DNA of 64,000 bases from a virus (IMGVR_UViG_3300035698_013504:128001-192000), one strand, 5' to 3'; numbered from the stretch's first letter, positions 19,682-30,097 are shown. Numbers and translations are program-made. Notes: a model not told the origin generated them from the letters alone.

Positions 19682-20335
19682 GTGATTATAGCCTCTACGA
19701 CTAAAGGAATCGTTTTCCGATTTGAGTGCGCCGACGAGGTAGACAGGCTTTGGCACGATCTGAAGCACCTGTACGACTGGTCATGCCAGAAGTCTAGGAA
19801 CGCGCCGTCGGGGTATGAGCCGCCGCTGGTCTTCTGTATTCAGCATTCCGATATACCTGAGGATGTATCTGGAGATCTGCTGAGACTCGGCAAGTCAGTG
19901 CTCGTCTCAGAGTCTTCCGAGGGCGCGCGTCTTGTACTGGTGACGACCCCGTCGGGGTTTTCAGTCAGGTTTCGTAACGCGCAGGACTTGAAGACTGTGT
20001 GGACCACTCTGGAGCGTATGGCTCGTGAGGGTAAACGCTCTGAGAAGCAGAAGTCCGAAGAGAGTCATGTCCTTGTTTACATCGTTCACGAGGACGGCCT
20101 TCCCCAGGAGGACCTAGACGATCTATTCGATGTCGGAAAAAGTCTTGCCCCATGGGAGTCTTCGGTTGTCAGATACGACCCCTCGGAGAGTAACACCATA
20201 CCGGGCATACCGGTGCCAACACTAGGAGAGAGACAGAGTGCCCCGCAAATCGAAGGGTTCAAAGTTATCCAAGGCGGACAAAGCAAAGAGACTCAAGCTT
20301 ATCAAAGCCCGCCACCAGATATTCCTGAAGCTTAA
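19682..20335 (+). CDS. Hypothetical protein with two internal repeats
   Basis: TKGIVFRF..L..L...PPLVFCI resembles the second half PSGFSVRF..L..L...SHVLVYI. Confidence 0.55.
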   Translation: MIIASTTKGIVFRFECADEVDRLWHDLKHLYDWSCQKSRNAPSGYEPPLVFCIQHSDIPEDVSGDLLRLGKSVLVSESSEGARLVLVTTPSGFSVRFRNAQDLKTVWTTLERMAREGKRSEKQKSEESHVLVYIVHEDGLPQEDLDDLFDVGKSLAPWESSVVRYDPSESNTIPGIPVPTLGERQSAPQIEGFKVIQGGQSKETQAYQSPPPDIPEA

Positions 20336-20499
20336 TCAAGAAGTAGAGCCGCCGCTGGACGACGTCGAGAAGCCCGAATGTGTCTACGTCGACGACGGAC
20401 TAAGCGACGAGGACCTGATGGAGGACGCGCGTACTGTGTAATTGTTACAGCTGTGCCTGACGTTTCGGGCGCAGCTGTTGTTTATTGTGGAGACTACAG

Positions 20500-21249
20500 A
20501 TGCATGAGACGGAACAAAGGTATGACGTGTACGCGTGTGAAATTGTGCACGTTAAGATTGAGGGTGTTGTAGCCCCGTCTATGGAGCGGGCTATCGAGCT
20601 GGCCTCTCGAAGGTATGACGCTCACCAGCTGTTTGGCTATGCCCCCACGGACGGCTATGTCAGATACACCAAGTGGGCTGAGGAGACCGATGGGTTTTTA
20701 GTCGATGCCGTGAACGATGACGGGTCCATACAGTCTCAGTGGTTCCATGGCGACGGGAAGACACGTGTAGCCGCGTGGATGCCCAGCACAAAGGCAGAGA
20801 CCCAGGACCTCATCGAGGTTGCGAGCGGCGCGAAGATGACACCGGACTTCATTGGTGACACTACCCCAGTTACCCAGTGCGACCTTATCGGGCACTACAA
20901 GGCCATGTATGAGGAAGTGCTACAAAGGTACGACGAGGTGGCGCAAGTCTTTGATCTCTCGACCGAGCTGTGCCCCACGATTAACGCCGCCCCGTGGACG
21001 CCGGAGCAGCTCCGCGAGTTTGCCGACTTCAACAACTATGTTGACGGGTTCGTTGAGGTCGACCTCAATGACCTTATCAGTAACGATCTGGAGGAGGTGC
21101 TTGACACCCTCTCAGTGAAGTTAACAGGCTCGTCTTTGCTTATGGACATTACCTATAAGGTCGTAGGCGGCTCATACGAACGAGGCACGGTATTCATGCG
21201 TGTCTCCGGTGACGCGACGGATATTTTGGAGGAGGCTTCAGGTGAGTGA
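20500..21249 (+). CDS. Hypothetical protein
   Basis: SD GGAG; acidic ORF. Confidence 0.55.
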   Translation: MHETEQRYDVYACEIVHVKIEGVVAPSMERAIELASRRYDAHQLFGYAPTDGYVRYTKWAEETDGFLVDAVNDDGSIQSQWFHGDGKTRVAAWMPSTKAETQDLIEVASGAKMTPDFIGDTTPVTQCDLIGHYKAMYEEVLQRYDEVAQVFDLSTELCPTINAAPWTPEQLREFADFNNYVDGFVEVDLNDLISNDLEEVLDTLSVKLTGSSLLMDITYKVVGGSYERGTVFMRVSGDATDILEEASGE

Positions 21250-21673
21250 CTACTATCAGATATGGGGTTCGTTGAGAGTGAACCCGTTTGAAGGTATGCA
21301 CGCGTTTCTCGACGACATGATTGATGAAGATGGTCCGTGCGCCTCGATTTCGGAGGTGCTTACGGACCATACAGTTCTCGTTGACATCACATACTCAAGT
21401 TTCGGTAGTCCTGAGACGGCGGAAGAGTTTGACGCCAAAATTCTCACGTTGGGCTTACACGCCGCCGAGTCGTCCGTATTCGAGTTCAATTATGACGGCG
21501 AGGAGGGGCACATAACTGCAGGCCCTTCTAATACAGCTAATGCCGCGGCGTTTTCCACCTGGACACTGGGTCGCATTATGGCCCTCACCCCCGATTTGAG
21601 GGGTGAAGATAGAAGGAGAGCAGCAAATGCCTGTCTCGGACAAGAGGGTTCAGATTCCCAAGTCAGCGGTTGA
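21242..21673 (+). CDS. Hypothetical protein
   Basis: GTG start with SD GGAGG. Confidence 0.5.
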   Translation: MSDYYQIWGSLRVNPFEGMHAFLDDMIDEDGPCASISEVLTDHTVLVDITYSSFGSPETAEEFDAKILTLGLHAAESSVFEFNYDGEEGHITAGPSNTANAAAFSTWTLGRIMALTPDLRGEDRRRAANACLGQEGSDSQVSG

Positions 21674-21905
21674 AGATGTCATTAAGGGTCTCCGCGTGGA
21701 GCTCGACCGTCGTACGAAGGAGAAAGGCGCCGGAGCGTTCCTATCAACGCACGAAGTACTTGGCGTCGTAAGTGAGGAGTTTCACGAGTTGGAACATGCG
21801 GTACGGAGTAACCGGCTGAAGGATGTCCACAACGAGCTTGTCGACATTGCTGTCGCGTGTATCTTTGGCGTTGCGTGTATCCAGGAAGAAAGGATGGACT
21901 GGTAA
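21627..21905 (+). CDS. MazG-like all-alpha NTP pyrophosphohydrolase
   Basis: HEVLGVVSEEFHELEHAV...NELVDIA (EExxE...ELxD pattern). Confidence 0.65.
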   Translation: MPVSDKRVQIPKSAVEDVIKGLRVELDRRTKEKGAGAFLSTHEVLGVVSEEFHELEHAVRSNRLKDVHNELVDIAVACIFGVACIQEERMDW

Positions 21906-22870
21906 TGGGCGCTGACATGCTTGGAATTACCATTAGTTGGCCGCTCGGCAAAACCCGAGAGGTCACTAACAGGAACGTTGACTGGCTGTTTAGCGTAGCG
22001 GCGGACCGTATCCCAGAGCTTACTGAAGACGACCTAGAGTACTTCTTTGATCACTGTTGGCATACTGACACCCAAGAGGTTGAAGGTTTGCCGCGGGATG
22101 AGATCGAGCGTGAGCTAAAGGATATCAGAGAGTCGCTGACTGTGTCGTTGCGGGAGGTTAAGTCTGCAGCGGATGGCCATCATCGTTACGCCTTCCTCGA
22201 TGTTGTTGGTGACCGAGAGGTTCTCTTCGCAGGCGGGCTGTCATGGGGTGACGAGCCGAACGAGTTGTACACCCACATGAACAACGTTGTTACGGCCGGT
22301 CTTTTTGACCAAGACTCTCCCAAGAGCTACGAGGAACATCTCTCCGAGTCGTACGTTGAGTCGGACGGCAATTGCCCAATCTGTGGCGATAGTGATATAG
22401 TTGGTGACAGCCTTAACGTGGACACGCAGTGCGTTACGCAAGAAATCTTCTGCAGCAACTGCGAGTCGAGATGGTACGATTTCTACAAGTTGCAGGGTTT
22501 GTTCAACCTGCATATCTGTGAGGAGGACGGTGACGTGAGTGAGAATCTTTCAGAGATCCCGGATCGGGAGTTTAACCTGGAGCACGCTGAAGGCACGCTA
22601 TTTGGTGTGCGCCTCAGGGGTAATGCTGACGGTAAGGACGCGGTCCGTGACGTAACTCGCGAGGACGCGATGGCGAGAGCTGTCGTAGCCAACAGCATCG
22701 CGAAACTTAGGCCGGAGTTGAAGGACAAGCTTCTCAACCAGGTTGGTATGATCATCGACGCGTGTAACAAGTCGCGCAAGCTTAACAACATGACGCCGTA
22801 CCAGTCTTCGTTTGTCCAGGCGATCCTTGCGGAGCGCGAGGATGAACGTATTGATGCTAAGCGCAAATAG
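21905..22870 (+). CDS. Hypothetical protein with Zn ribbon
   Basis: CPICG...CSNC. Confidence 0.55.
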   Translation: MGADMLGITISWPLGKTREVTNRNVDWLFSVAADRIPELTEDDLEYFFDHCWHTDTQEVEGLPRDEIERELKDIRESLTVSLREVKSAADGHHRYAFLDVVGDREVLFAGGLSWGDEPNELYTHMNNVVTAGLFDQDSPKSYEEHLSESYVESDGNCPICGDSDIVGDSLNVDTQCVTQEIFCSNCESRWYDFYKLQGLFNLHICEEDGDVSENLSEIPDREFNLEHAEGTLFGVRLRGNADGKDAVRDVTREDAMARAVVANSIAKLRPELKDKLLNQVGMIIDACNKSRKLNNMTPYQSSFVQAILAEREDERIDAKRK

Positions 22871-22890
22871 CCCTGTTCGTAATTTACCCA

Positions 22891-22931
22891 AAGCCGCGCG
22901 GTCCCTATAAACGGGTCGCGCGGTTTTCTTT
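22891..22931 (+). terminator. Rho-independent terminator
   Basis: AAGCCGCGCGG...CGCGCGGTTTT stem followed by T-tract. Confidence 0.7.
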
Positions 22932-22943
22932 GGAGATATACGT

Positions 22944-23453
22944 ATGAGCGTTGCAAGACCTGACTGGCCGGACCACGACTTTTCCGTTGCGTCCATCAAG
23001 AGCTTTATGGGGATGGACACGCTTGGCTACAACTGTTCTCTCCGCTGGGGCAATAAGAAGGTTGCTGATGTTGTCAACGACGGTAGTGGTGGAGAAACCA
23101 TAATCAGCTGGGCGCGGAACGATAACGCTGTTGCGGCCCGAGAGGCGGCGGAAGAATTGGTTACCAGACTTCCAGACCTTCCTCCTTTCGGTGGCTTTAA
23201 GGGGTCGTTGCCGATCGATTCCGCTGAGTTCTTTGTTGACCTCATCTATGAGGATGCGGAGCAGGTGAAAGAGTACAGACGTATTACCAAGAGCGACAAG
23301 CGCGTAGCGTTCCGCCTCATTGGTGATACGGAGGGCGAGTACCGCCTATACAGTATCCCGTATACGAAGGAGTTTGCAGAAAAGCTTCGCGCTAAGCACG
23401 GCGATGAGCTGGAGTGCATCCTTAACGAGAGTCCCCTATTGGAGGCAGCGTAA
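22944..23453 (+). CDS. Hypothetical phage protein
   Basis: SD GGAG; V.NDG.GG motif seen in phage hypotheticals. Confidence 0.55.
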   Translation: MSVARPDWPDHDFSVASIKSFMGMDTLGYNCSLRWGNKKVADVVNDGSGGETIISWARNDNAVAAREAAEELVTRLPDLPPFGGFKGSLPIDSAEFFVDLIYEDAEQVKEYRRITKSDKRVAFRLIGDTEGEYRLYSIPYTKEFAEKLRAKHGDELECILNESPLLEAA

Positions 23454-23698
23454 TGCTTTGGGCTGTTGTAGAAATCACACGAGATGAACCCTCTGTAGTC
23501 CTGTTCGGTACGAAGGGTGAAGCGATTGATGAAGCCATTTTGCGCCTGGAGGAGGGCAACGTCACAATAACTGAAAGCATCATTGATGACTTTGAAGCTG
23601 AGGGCTCGTACTGCGAGTCGTGTTGGGCGGTGCATGTTGTGCCTGCTGACCCTTGTCCTCAGTTGCTTAAAGCGGGGCCAACATGTCATTCGGCGTGA
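23453..23698 (+). CDS. Hypothetical protein
   Basis: TAATG coupling. Confidence 0.5.
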   Translation: MLWAVVEITRDEPSVVLFGTKGEAIDEAILRLEEGNVTITESIIDDFEAEGSYCESCWAVHVVPADPCPQLLKAGPTCHSA

Positions 23699-24108
23699 TG
23701 AAGACGGCAGCGCTGTATGCAAAGCGAATCAATTCTGCTTGTCGACTTTGTCGTCGTCGTAACGAGATAGATAGCCCCGTTATGGTTTCAGGTACAAATG
23801 TGCCGTTTCGGATTAAAGGCTCACAGGTAAAGGCCACGGTATTTGGAACCGAAACGCACTACTGTCTCCGCTGTTTTCGAGCGCTCGTTAGCGCCGCGAT
23901 GAAGTCGAGTCCGGAGATACGGGAGGCGGTAACGTCGAACGCGTCGTTCTCCAAGCTCTTGCTTGGGTATGGTATGGACCACCTTTGTGTTGGGCAGTCC
24001 ACCCTACTAGGTGGTCGTGATTGGGTGCTTGTGCCAAATGTGGTGTGCCCTGAAGATGACATGTTAAGACCCTTTTGGGATCAGGTTAGAGAGGAAGTAC
24101 AAGTATGA
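23683..24108 (+). CDS. Hypothetical protein
   Basis: CRLC/CLRC motifs; coupled ORF. Confidence 0.5.
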   Translation: MSFGVMKTAALYAKRINSACRLCRRRNEIDSPVMVSGTNVPFRIKGSQVKATVFGTETHYCLRCFRALVSAAMKSSPEIREAVTSNASFSKLLLGYGMDHLCVGQSTLLGGRDWVLVPNVVCPEDDMLRPFWDQVREEVQV

Positions 24109-24461
24109 TGCATATTACGGTTTTTGGTAAAGAAGATTGTTCGCTTTGTAAGGCGATCAAGGAGCTGTTCTCAAATCACATCGCTGGCGGGCGCCTTAAC
24201 GCGACGATTGATGTCTTTGAGTTTCCAACGTCGCTGGTAGGCACGTCGGTGGAGCAGCGAGGAGTTCTTGCGAACATCCGCGGGGATATGGCGTTTCATG
24301 ATCTTTATGAGGCTCCGGCGGTACTCGTTCGTTCTGCCCCTGAAGGTACTGTGATTTGGCAAGCCGGGGAGATCAAGAGTATTAAGACGATCCCCACAGG
24401 CAAGATCATTCGGGCGTCAAGTGGCGACGAGGACAGCCTCAACGCCCTGGCCCAAGGTTAG
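24105..24461 (+). CDS. Thioredoxin/glutaredoxin-fold protein
   Basis: ITVFGKEDCSLCKAIK N-terminal CxxC; APAVLV. Confidence 0.55.
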   Translation: MMHITVFGKEDCSLCKAIKELFSNHIAGGRLNATIDVFEFPTSLVGTSVEQRGVLANIRGDMAFHDLYEAPAVLVRSAPEGTVIWQAGEIKSIKTIPTGKIIRASSGDEDSLNALAQG

Positions 24462-24494
24462 CAACGCGTTGCTGAAATACCTCAAATAGTTGTC

Positions 24495-24523
24495 TTGCAT
24501 TTCAGCGGCTGTGTGGGTATAAT
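24495..24523 (+). promoter_or_regulatory. sigma70-type promoter
   Basis: TTGCAT, 17 nt spacer, TATAAT. Confidence 0.75.
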
Positions 24524-24554
24524 GTTTACAACTGGTAGGTGGAGGCAATGACCG

Positions 24555-25487
24555 ATGGATAGTGTTCATGACTACAAGTTGGGTAAGATTGCCCACCTTC
24601 GTAGGCAGATTCACGAGAAGGTTCACTTCTTGAAGCAGTACCTGGGAGAGGAGCTAAGCGGCGCTACCTTCCAGGCGTATGTTGACGCAATGAGGGCCTG
24701 CCTCCGCCTACCGGTTGCAAGCAGGTCCGTATTAGCCGCGTCGTTATCTCAGTTCGCCGGAGAGGTTCTCACAAGTGACATGGCACGCCAGATAGAATAC
24801 ATGATGGCAGGTGGCCGGGATATGTTAGAGCCATCGGCCCTGTCTATGAAAGACGAGGCGCTGGACTTTGACTCCTCGGAGTCTCTTACTGAGGTTACGC
24901 AGCGGCGGAAAGCCGGGCAGGTGATCTTACCGTTTCAAGGCGTGTTGAAGCCGCAGTGGTTTCCCGTCGAGATAACAGACGGTGTGTTGTCATCTGCAGG
25001 CCGTAAGAATACGGTCTTTGTTGAGTTCTCGTTCATCATCGCGGCTGGGCCCGGCTCCGGAGCAACGCTGAAGCAGAAGGTTCCTAAGGGCTTTGTGCAT
25101 CAGTTTGCTGTAGCGCTGGGCTTACCGAAGTTCAAACGGTACCACCACCGCGAGCTTGTACGCATGTGGTTTACAGGTCTATGGGACCTAGTAGACGATA
25201 AGCCGACGTTGCAGAAGCACAGAGTAGAGCCGCACCACGTAACGCACAACCAGAAGACCTACCGAGCTCGTAGCCGCGCATGTATTCGGGAATGGAACGT
25301 TCTGTGTCACAACTGTCATGTAGGCTTCGAGGCGTGCCCCAACGGTACGCACTGGTTGACCCACACGGCAAAGGAGTGCAGGAATGGCCATCGTGGGTGG
25401 TTCCTGAAAGAAGGTACATCACCGCTATGTCTTCGTTGTCAGGAGGCAGCAGTTCGAAGGAGGAGACGAAGTGCCGCTACAGCTTAG
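24555..25487 (+). CDS. Hypothetical protein with C-terminal Cys/His zinc-binding region
   Basis: CHNC..C, CRNGH, CLRC. Confidence 0.55.
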   Translation: MDSVHDYKLGKIAHLRRQIHEKVHFLKQYLGEELSGATFQAYVDAMRACLRLPVASRSVLAASLSQFAGEVLTSDMARQIEYMMAGGRDMLEPSALSMKDEALDFDSSESLTEVTQRRKAGQVILPFQGVLKPQWFPVEITDGVLSSAGRKNTVFVEFSFIIAAGPGSGATLKQKVPKGFVHQFAVALGLPKFKRYHHRELVRMWFTGLWDLVDDKPTLQKHRVEPHHVTHNQKTYRARSRACIREWNVLCHNCHVGFEACPNGTHWLTHTAKECRNGHRGWFLKEGTSPLCLRCQEAAVRRRRRSAATA

Positions 25488-25995
25488 ACCAACGGACGGG
25501 TCTGATAACAGACTGTACTGTCCGGATCGTGACGTCGTCTATTTGTTCCCGGCGCTTGTTCGTCGGATGATGCATTCGTTTGATGACCAGGACTTGGAGG
25601 AGGTTTGGTGGCTCAACTATCCGCCGGGTCTAATAGAGGCCGCGAAGTCAATGGCCTTGTTCTGGGACCTCGCGCGTGACGGCAACGTACCCGCGGAAGA
25701 CGTGCTGGACAGGTGCGGGTTTACGTCTTTGAGTCTTCAGATACGGCTTGCGGTCTCGCATAGGTTCTTCCAGCTGTTCTTGCAGTCGTACATCGTGTAC
25801 CTGCGTGATATCACAACGCCCGGCGAGCCCCTTCCGGACAAGATTGTCAGTGACTACAACCATCTGCGGTTTGCAGAAACCTATAAGTCGTGGGGGCCGC
25901 TAAGAAGGTGGACCCACCGAGCAGTGCGTTGTGTACGTCGGTGGTTTGAGGCCACGAAGTACGACGCTCCGGGAGAAAAATGTCAATCAGAATAG
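25471..25995 (+). CDS. Hypothetical protein
   Basis: Coupled ORF. Confidence 0.5.
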   Translation: MPLQLRPTDGSDNRLYCPDRDVVYLFPALVRRMMHSFDDQDLEEVWWLNYPPGLIEAAKSMALFWDLARDGNVPAEDVLDRCGFTSLSLQIRLAVSHRFFQLFLQSYIVYLRDITTPGEPLPDKIVSDYNHLRFAETYKSWGPLRRWTHRAVRCVRRWFEATKYDAPGEKCQSE

Positions 25996-26693
25996 AACTT
26001 CAGAGGCTGACAGGCATGTTGCAGCAGATCGCCAACAGCTTTGGACTTGAAGACCTTCCCCGTAAGTACCTCGTGTTGGACTGCGAGACTTCGGGCGTCG
26101 ATAAAAACAACGACAGTATCATTCAAGTAGGGTACTGCGCTGTTGATTATGGAAAACCTCAGCTGATGGGCTCGATTACCATAAACCGCCCGCCGGGTGT
26201 CGTACGGGACTGGCCTATTATCACAAAGATCACGGGACTTACGCAGGCTGACCTTGACGTTGCTATGTCCCCTGAGGCCATATTCCCTAGATTCATGGAT
26301 ATGATTAAGGATTGGCTGGACAAGGACCATTTGCTCGTTGGCCACAACTTCATACGGTTTGACCTGCCCTTCTTTAATCGGGCGTTCGCTTCGGTAGGTG
26401 ACACTAGACGGATACCGGCTGACCGGTGTCTTGATACGGGTATGATGGTGAAGGCGTCACGCCTGAACCTGTCTATGTTGCCCAAGGAGAGCTTCAGATC
26501 TTTTGCTACGCGGGTGGACAGTATCCGCCGTCGTGGCGTCTACTGGTCGCTTGACAGGTACTGCATTGATGCTTACGGCCTTGAGAAGCGCGGTGCGGAT
26601 AGGACTAAGGCTCATGATGCAGGCTATGACTGTTTCATGACTCACCTCTTGCTTGAGGCCATGCGAGAGCAGCATGAGGAGGCGCAGCAATGA
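25980..26693 (+). CDS. DEDDh 3'-5' exonuclease (DnaQ-like)
   Basis: LDCETSG, GHNFIRFDLPF, AHDAGYD. Confidence 0.85.
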   Translation: MSIRIELQRLTGMLQQIANSFGLEDLPRKYLVLDCETSGVDKNNDSIIQVGYCAVDYGKPQLMGSITINRPPGVVRDWPIITKITGLTQADLDVAMSPEAIFPRFMDMIKDWLDKDHLLVGHNFIRFDLPFFNRAFASVGDTRRIPADRCLDTGMMVKASRLNLSMLPKESFRSFATRVDSIRRRGVYWSLDRYCIDAYGLEKRGADRTKAHDAGYDCFMTHLLLEAMREQHEEAQQ

Positions 26694-27031
26694 GGTACTG
26701 CAAGAAGCCCGTTGCGGTAGAAGCCGTAAGGTGGTTTAAGAATGGGGACCACCCCGACGACGGGAAGGAAACCTTCACAGATGATGATGGTACTCATCTT
26801 TATGGGGGCAAGGTAGTTCGACGTTATCGCCATCCAGAGCATAGTGGGCTAAGCATGTGTGACCAGTGCGGGGTTAAGATGCATTACCACGGCTGGCTTG
26901 ACACACTTGAGGGTGGGCAGGTTGTCTGTCCGGGTGACTGGATTATCACGGTAGAGGGCGAAATGTGTCTCTGTAAACCGAGAGTCTTTGACGCGATGTA
27001 CGAACCTATGGAGGTAGATGACAATGGGTAG
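26690..27031 (+). CDS. Conserved phage hypothetical protein
   Basis: KKPVAVEAVRW..GDHP...TLEG...PGDWII pattern. Confidence 0.6.
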   Translation: MRYCKKPVAVEAVRWFKNGDHPDDGKETFTDDDGTHLYGGKVVRRYRHPEHSGLSMCDQCGVKMHYHGWLDTLEGGQVVCPGDWIITVEGEMCLCKPRVFDAMYEPMEVDDNG

Positions 27032-27617
27032 GCTACTTGCCCTAGACCCAGGAACGAAGTGCGGGTATGCGATTGTCGACTTCAGTGCCGACAACATGCC
27101 TAAGAAGGCCGACCCGAACCTTTGTGGTGTATGGGACTTGGCCGCTAAGCGCCACGAGGGCGCCGGGATGCGTTTCGTACGCTTCAAGAAGTTGCTGTTA
27201 GACACAGCCCCGACGATTGTTCTTTATGAAGAGGTACAGAGCCACTTCAAGTCGTCAGGAGCCGCACAGATGTACGGAGGTATCAGGAGTATCCTCGTGG
27301 CTTATTGCGAGGAGCATGAAGTACCGTACGCAGGTATCCCTGTGGGTACCATTAAGAAGCGCGCGACAGGTAAGGGTAACTGCGGCAAGGTTCCCATGAT
27401 CTCAGCGGCCATTGACTTCTTTGGCGCGATACAGCTCAATCCTGACCGAGCTGGTAAGGGTGACGACGACATCGCTGATGCGTTGTGGATCGCCCAGATC
27501 GGCGTTGAAGACTACATTGAGGGAGCAGTAGATGGCGGCCAGGAAGAAGTTCGAGACCAGGATGGTAGTCCGGATATCGCCGAACCAGGTGGTGCTGAGG
27601 ATTCTGGAGCGGTGTGA
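27018..27617 (+). CDS. RuvC-like Holliday junction resolvase
   Basis: LALDPGTKCGYA, LYEEV, IKKRATGKGN..K, DDIADALWI. Confidence 0.85.
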   Translation: MTMGRLLALDPGTKCGYAIVDFSADNMPKKADPNLCGVWDLAAKRHEGAGMRFVRFKKLLLDTAPTIVLYEEVQSHFKSSGAAQMYGGIRSILVAYCEEHEVPYAGIPVGTIKKRATGKGNCGKVPMISAAIDFFGAIQLNPDRAGKGDDDIADALWIAQIGVEDYIEGAVDGGQEEVRDQDGSPDIAEPGGAEDSGAV

Positions 27618-27870
27618 CTCGGTTGATGGTAAGGCCTGGTGGCGCCTAGAGGTGGACGACGGCATAACGCTGTCGACGCTGTACACGTGGATCGACAATA
27701 ACTTATTGAACGACTGCGGCGAGGTTAAGTGCGAGAGCGCCCGACAAGTGCTGAGTCTTATTGGTAAGGCGGTAGTCGCCCCGGGTTGTAGCGTTGACAT
27801 ATCTTCCAACATCAAGTGGCCAGTGTGGCGACTTTACATCAAGCACCTTATAACAGGAGGCTACGAGTGA
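27532..27870 (+). CDS. Hypothetical protein
   Basis: ORF with SD GGAG. Confidence 0.5.
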   Translation: MAARKKFETRMVVRISPNQVVLRILERCDSVDGKAWWRLEVDDGITLSTLYTWIDNNLLNDCGEVKCESARQVLSLIGKAVVAPGCSVDISSNIKWPVWRLYIKHLITGGYE

Positions 27871-28856
27871 GAGACCATCAGATACTTGGTTCAGATGGAC
27901 AGCCGATCACTGACCCTGAGGACATCAACGTCTTGATGATCGAGGCAAAGCGAGCGTTGCAGGACAACGAAACAGCGTTGTTGGTTCATGCAATGACTCA
28001 GGCGCATCAGATCTATCAGTTCGCTAGAGCTGAGCTGGAGACAAAGAACCTATCCCCCGACGTGTTACAGGTACTTGTTGAGTCTTCGACAGGTAAGGCA
28101 ACGAAGGGATTCACGATTCAGCAGTTGGTCAGAAGTCTTAAGAAGAAGACGGTTCCGTTTCTTGAGCACAAGATGGCCAACTTCCGCAAGGAAGAGAACA
28201 AGAGGAAGGAGCAAGCGAAGAAGATAGAACGCGCGCTTCCTCCTGTAGGTTTCCGTATGCCGCTGAAGTCTATGCAGGACAAGGTGGAGAGGTTTACGCT
28301 GTCGAGTGCCTTCGTCGTAGCAGGCAAGGATCATACTGGACAGATGGGTCTGCTTCAGCATACAGCGAAGCATTTCAAGGATCAAGAATACCGTGTTGCG
28401 TATCTTAGCGGCGCGGACTATACCCCTGACAAGGGCGGCGTACCGTGGGCTACAATGCTCATGCCTGCGTCTTGGTGGGCAGGGGCTGCGGCTAGTGCCC
28501 AGACGTTCGCAGAGGCGCTGGCCCCTGTTGCAGAGCAGGACATGCAGTTCCTTTTCGTCGAGAACCTCTCTGTGGCCTGTGGCGTACAGGACTCCTTCGA
28601 GTCTATGCGTGACTGGACGCAGCGTGCGATGGCTTTGCTCGTGTCGTGGTGTAAGTCGAAGCGGGTGGCCCTCTTTATGGGGCTGGACGTTTCACAGTGT
28701 GTGGACCCGGACAACCTCGAGACTGATTTCCCGTTTCTTGCTGACATACCCTATGTCGTAGCGAGATCCGGGGGTGTCGAGGGTACTGATGGTGTGTTGA
28801 TGCACGTCATCGTTGAGAATGACACAGTTCCACTGGAGGATGATGATGGCGAGTAG
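27867..28856 (+). CDS. Hypothetical protein with possible degenerate RecA-fold (P-loop-like) domain
   Basis: FVVAGKDHTGQ, VAYLSG, LFVENLS echo RecA-fold motifs but there is no GK[ST]. Confidence 0.4.
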   Translation: MRDHQILGSDGQPITDPEDINVLMIEAKRALQDNETALLVHAMTQAHQIYQFARAELETKNLSPDVLQVLVESSTGKATKGFTIQQLVRSLKKKTVPFLEHKMANFRKEENKRKEQAKKIERALPPVGFRMPLKSMQDKVERFTLSSAFVVAGKDHTGQMGLLQHTAKHFKDQEYRVAYLSGADYTPDKGGVPWATMLMPASWWAGAAASAQTFAEALAPVAEQDMQFLFVENLSVACGVQDSFESMRDWTQRAMALLVSWCKSKRVALFMGLDVSQCVDPDNLETDFPFLADIPYVVARSGGVEGTDGVLMHVIVENDTVPLEDDDGE

Positions 28857-29469
28857 TGAAGCTCCCCTATTTCTTGGCTTTGTTACTGAGGCCCTGCCGG
28901 ATTGGGCGTCGTACATTCCCCCGATTGTCGCCCCGTCGAATTACAAAGACGAGGTTAAGATCATGGCGTACATTGATAAGCGGCAGGACGAGCTGCTGTC
29001 TTCGGCGCACGTAGGTTCGCTTACCGGGCGTGTGACTGGCTTCTCGGCGGTCAATATTGATGGTGAGGTTATAGCCGAAGGATGTACCGCGGTTGACTTC
29101 ACGAACATATTTGGTTCTGGGGGCACCCGGGAGATTCAGTGTGAGCACGCGGAAGATAACTTCTTTGGGTCTTTTCAAGTCCATTACATTGCCCCTGCGC
29201 TCGTAGGCTTTGGGCTGAAGGACCGGCTGCGGCAACTATCTATCCAGTTAGCGGCTGACGGAATCCTGCCGCCCACGTGGATGTGGCAAGTACCGGTGTT
29301 CAACTCGTTCGCTTATGGTATCGTCGACCCGCTTCGTATAGCCGATTGTGGCATAGACGAGCTTCCGGCCTTGCTGTACCGTCTTGGTGTTGACCAGGAT
29401 CGGTTTGACTTTTCCACCCCTGTCGGTTACGCACAGGCGGCAAGGATTATCTATGGGAGGTTTGTGTAA
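28846..29469 (+). CDS. PolB-exonuclease-like protein, probably inactive
   Basis: P.NYKD..KI.AY...L..GRV pattern; the expected DIET motif is replaced. Confidence 0.35.
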   Translation: MASSEAPLFLGFVTEALPDWASYIPPIVAPSNYKDEVKIMAYIDKRQDELLSSAHVGSLTGRVTGFSAVNIDGEVIAEGCTAVDFTNIFGSGGTREIQCEHAEDNFFGSFQVHYIAPALVGFGLKDRLRQLSIQLAADGILPPTWMWQVPVFNSFAYGIVDPLRIADCGIDELPALLYRLGVDQDRFDFSTPVGYAQAARIIYGRFV

Positions 29470-29470
29470 C

Positions 29471-30097
29471 ATGACAGAGCCTGTACAGATGCGTCAGAAG
29501 GGCGAGCCTGACCCGGTGAAGTCCCCTGACAAGAGTATCAAAGGTGTTCGTACTCTCGCTGACCTTCGTAGCGAAGGTTACAGACCGTTCTCCATATCGT
29601 TGCTACACGCCTACGCTGGTGTGGACTTCGACATCGTTGCCCGGTTTGCCGAGGAGAGCAAGGAGACCGTAAGGTCTATGGCTATTAACTTTCCCTTCCC
29701 CCTCTTCAGTGTTGATAGCGAGTGGACTCGTCTATTGCATATCATCAACGAAGATGTGTGGGAGACGTTCAGGGCATTCATGATGGGTGTCGTGTTCGCC
29801 AATACTCCCGAGCAGGAGTATTGGAAGGCCACGCCCGCGCTGGGTACGCTTCAGGACCCGTTCGCGAGGATGACGAACCCGACGGAGGAGCCGGAACGTT
29901 GTTCGTTAGACGTGCTGCTCCCCATCGGCAACAAGCGGAGTCTTGGTATTATCCCCCACACCATTGAGGTTGAGGACGCCGAGGCGCCGGTCAGGATCGT
30001 ACAAATACCTACATCGATCACCTTGCAGTGGGGTCCGCCGGATCCCCGGGTTGTCGAGGAGGCTAAGGCCGTGTTTAGCACAGGAGACTTACAGTGA
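29471..30097 (+). CDS. Hypothetical protein
   Basis: Coupled ORF. Confidence 0.55.
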   Translation: MTEPVQMRQKGEPDPVKSPDKSIKGVRTLADLRSEGYRPFSISLLHAYAGVDFDIVARFAEESKETVRSMAINFPFPLFSVDSEWTRLLHIINEDVWETFRAFMMGVVFANTPEQEYWKATPALGTLQDPFARMTNPTEEPERCSLDVLLPIGNKRSLGIIPHTIEVEDAEAPVRIVQIPTSITLQWGPPDPRVVEEAKAVFSTGDLQ

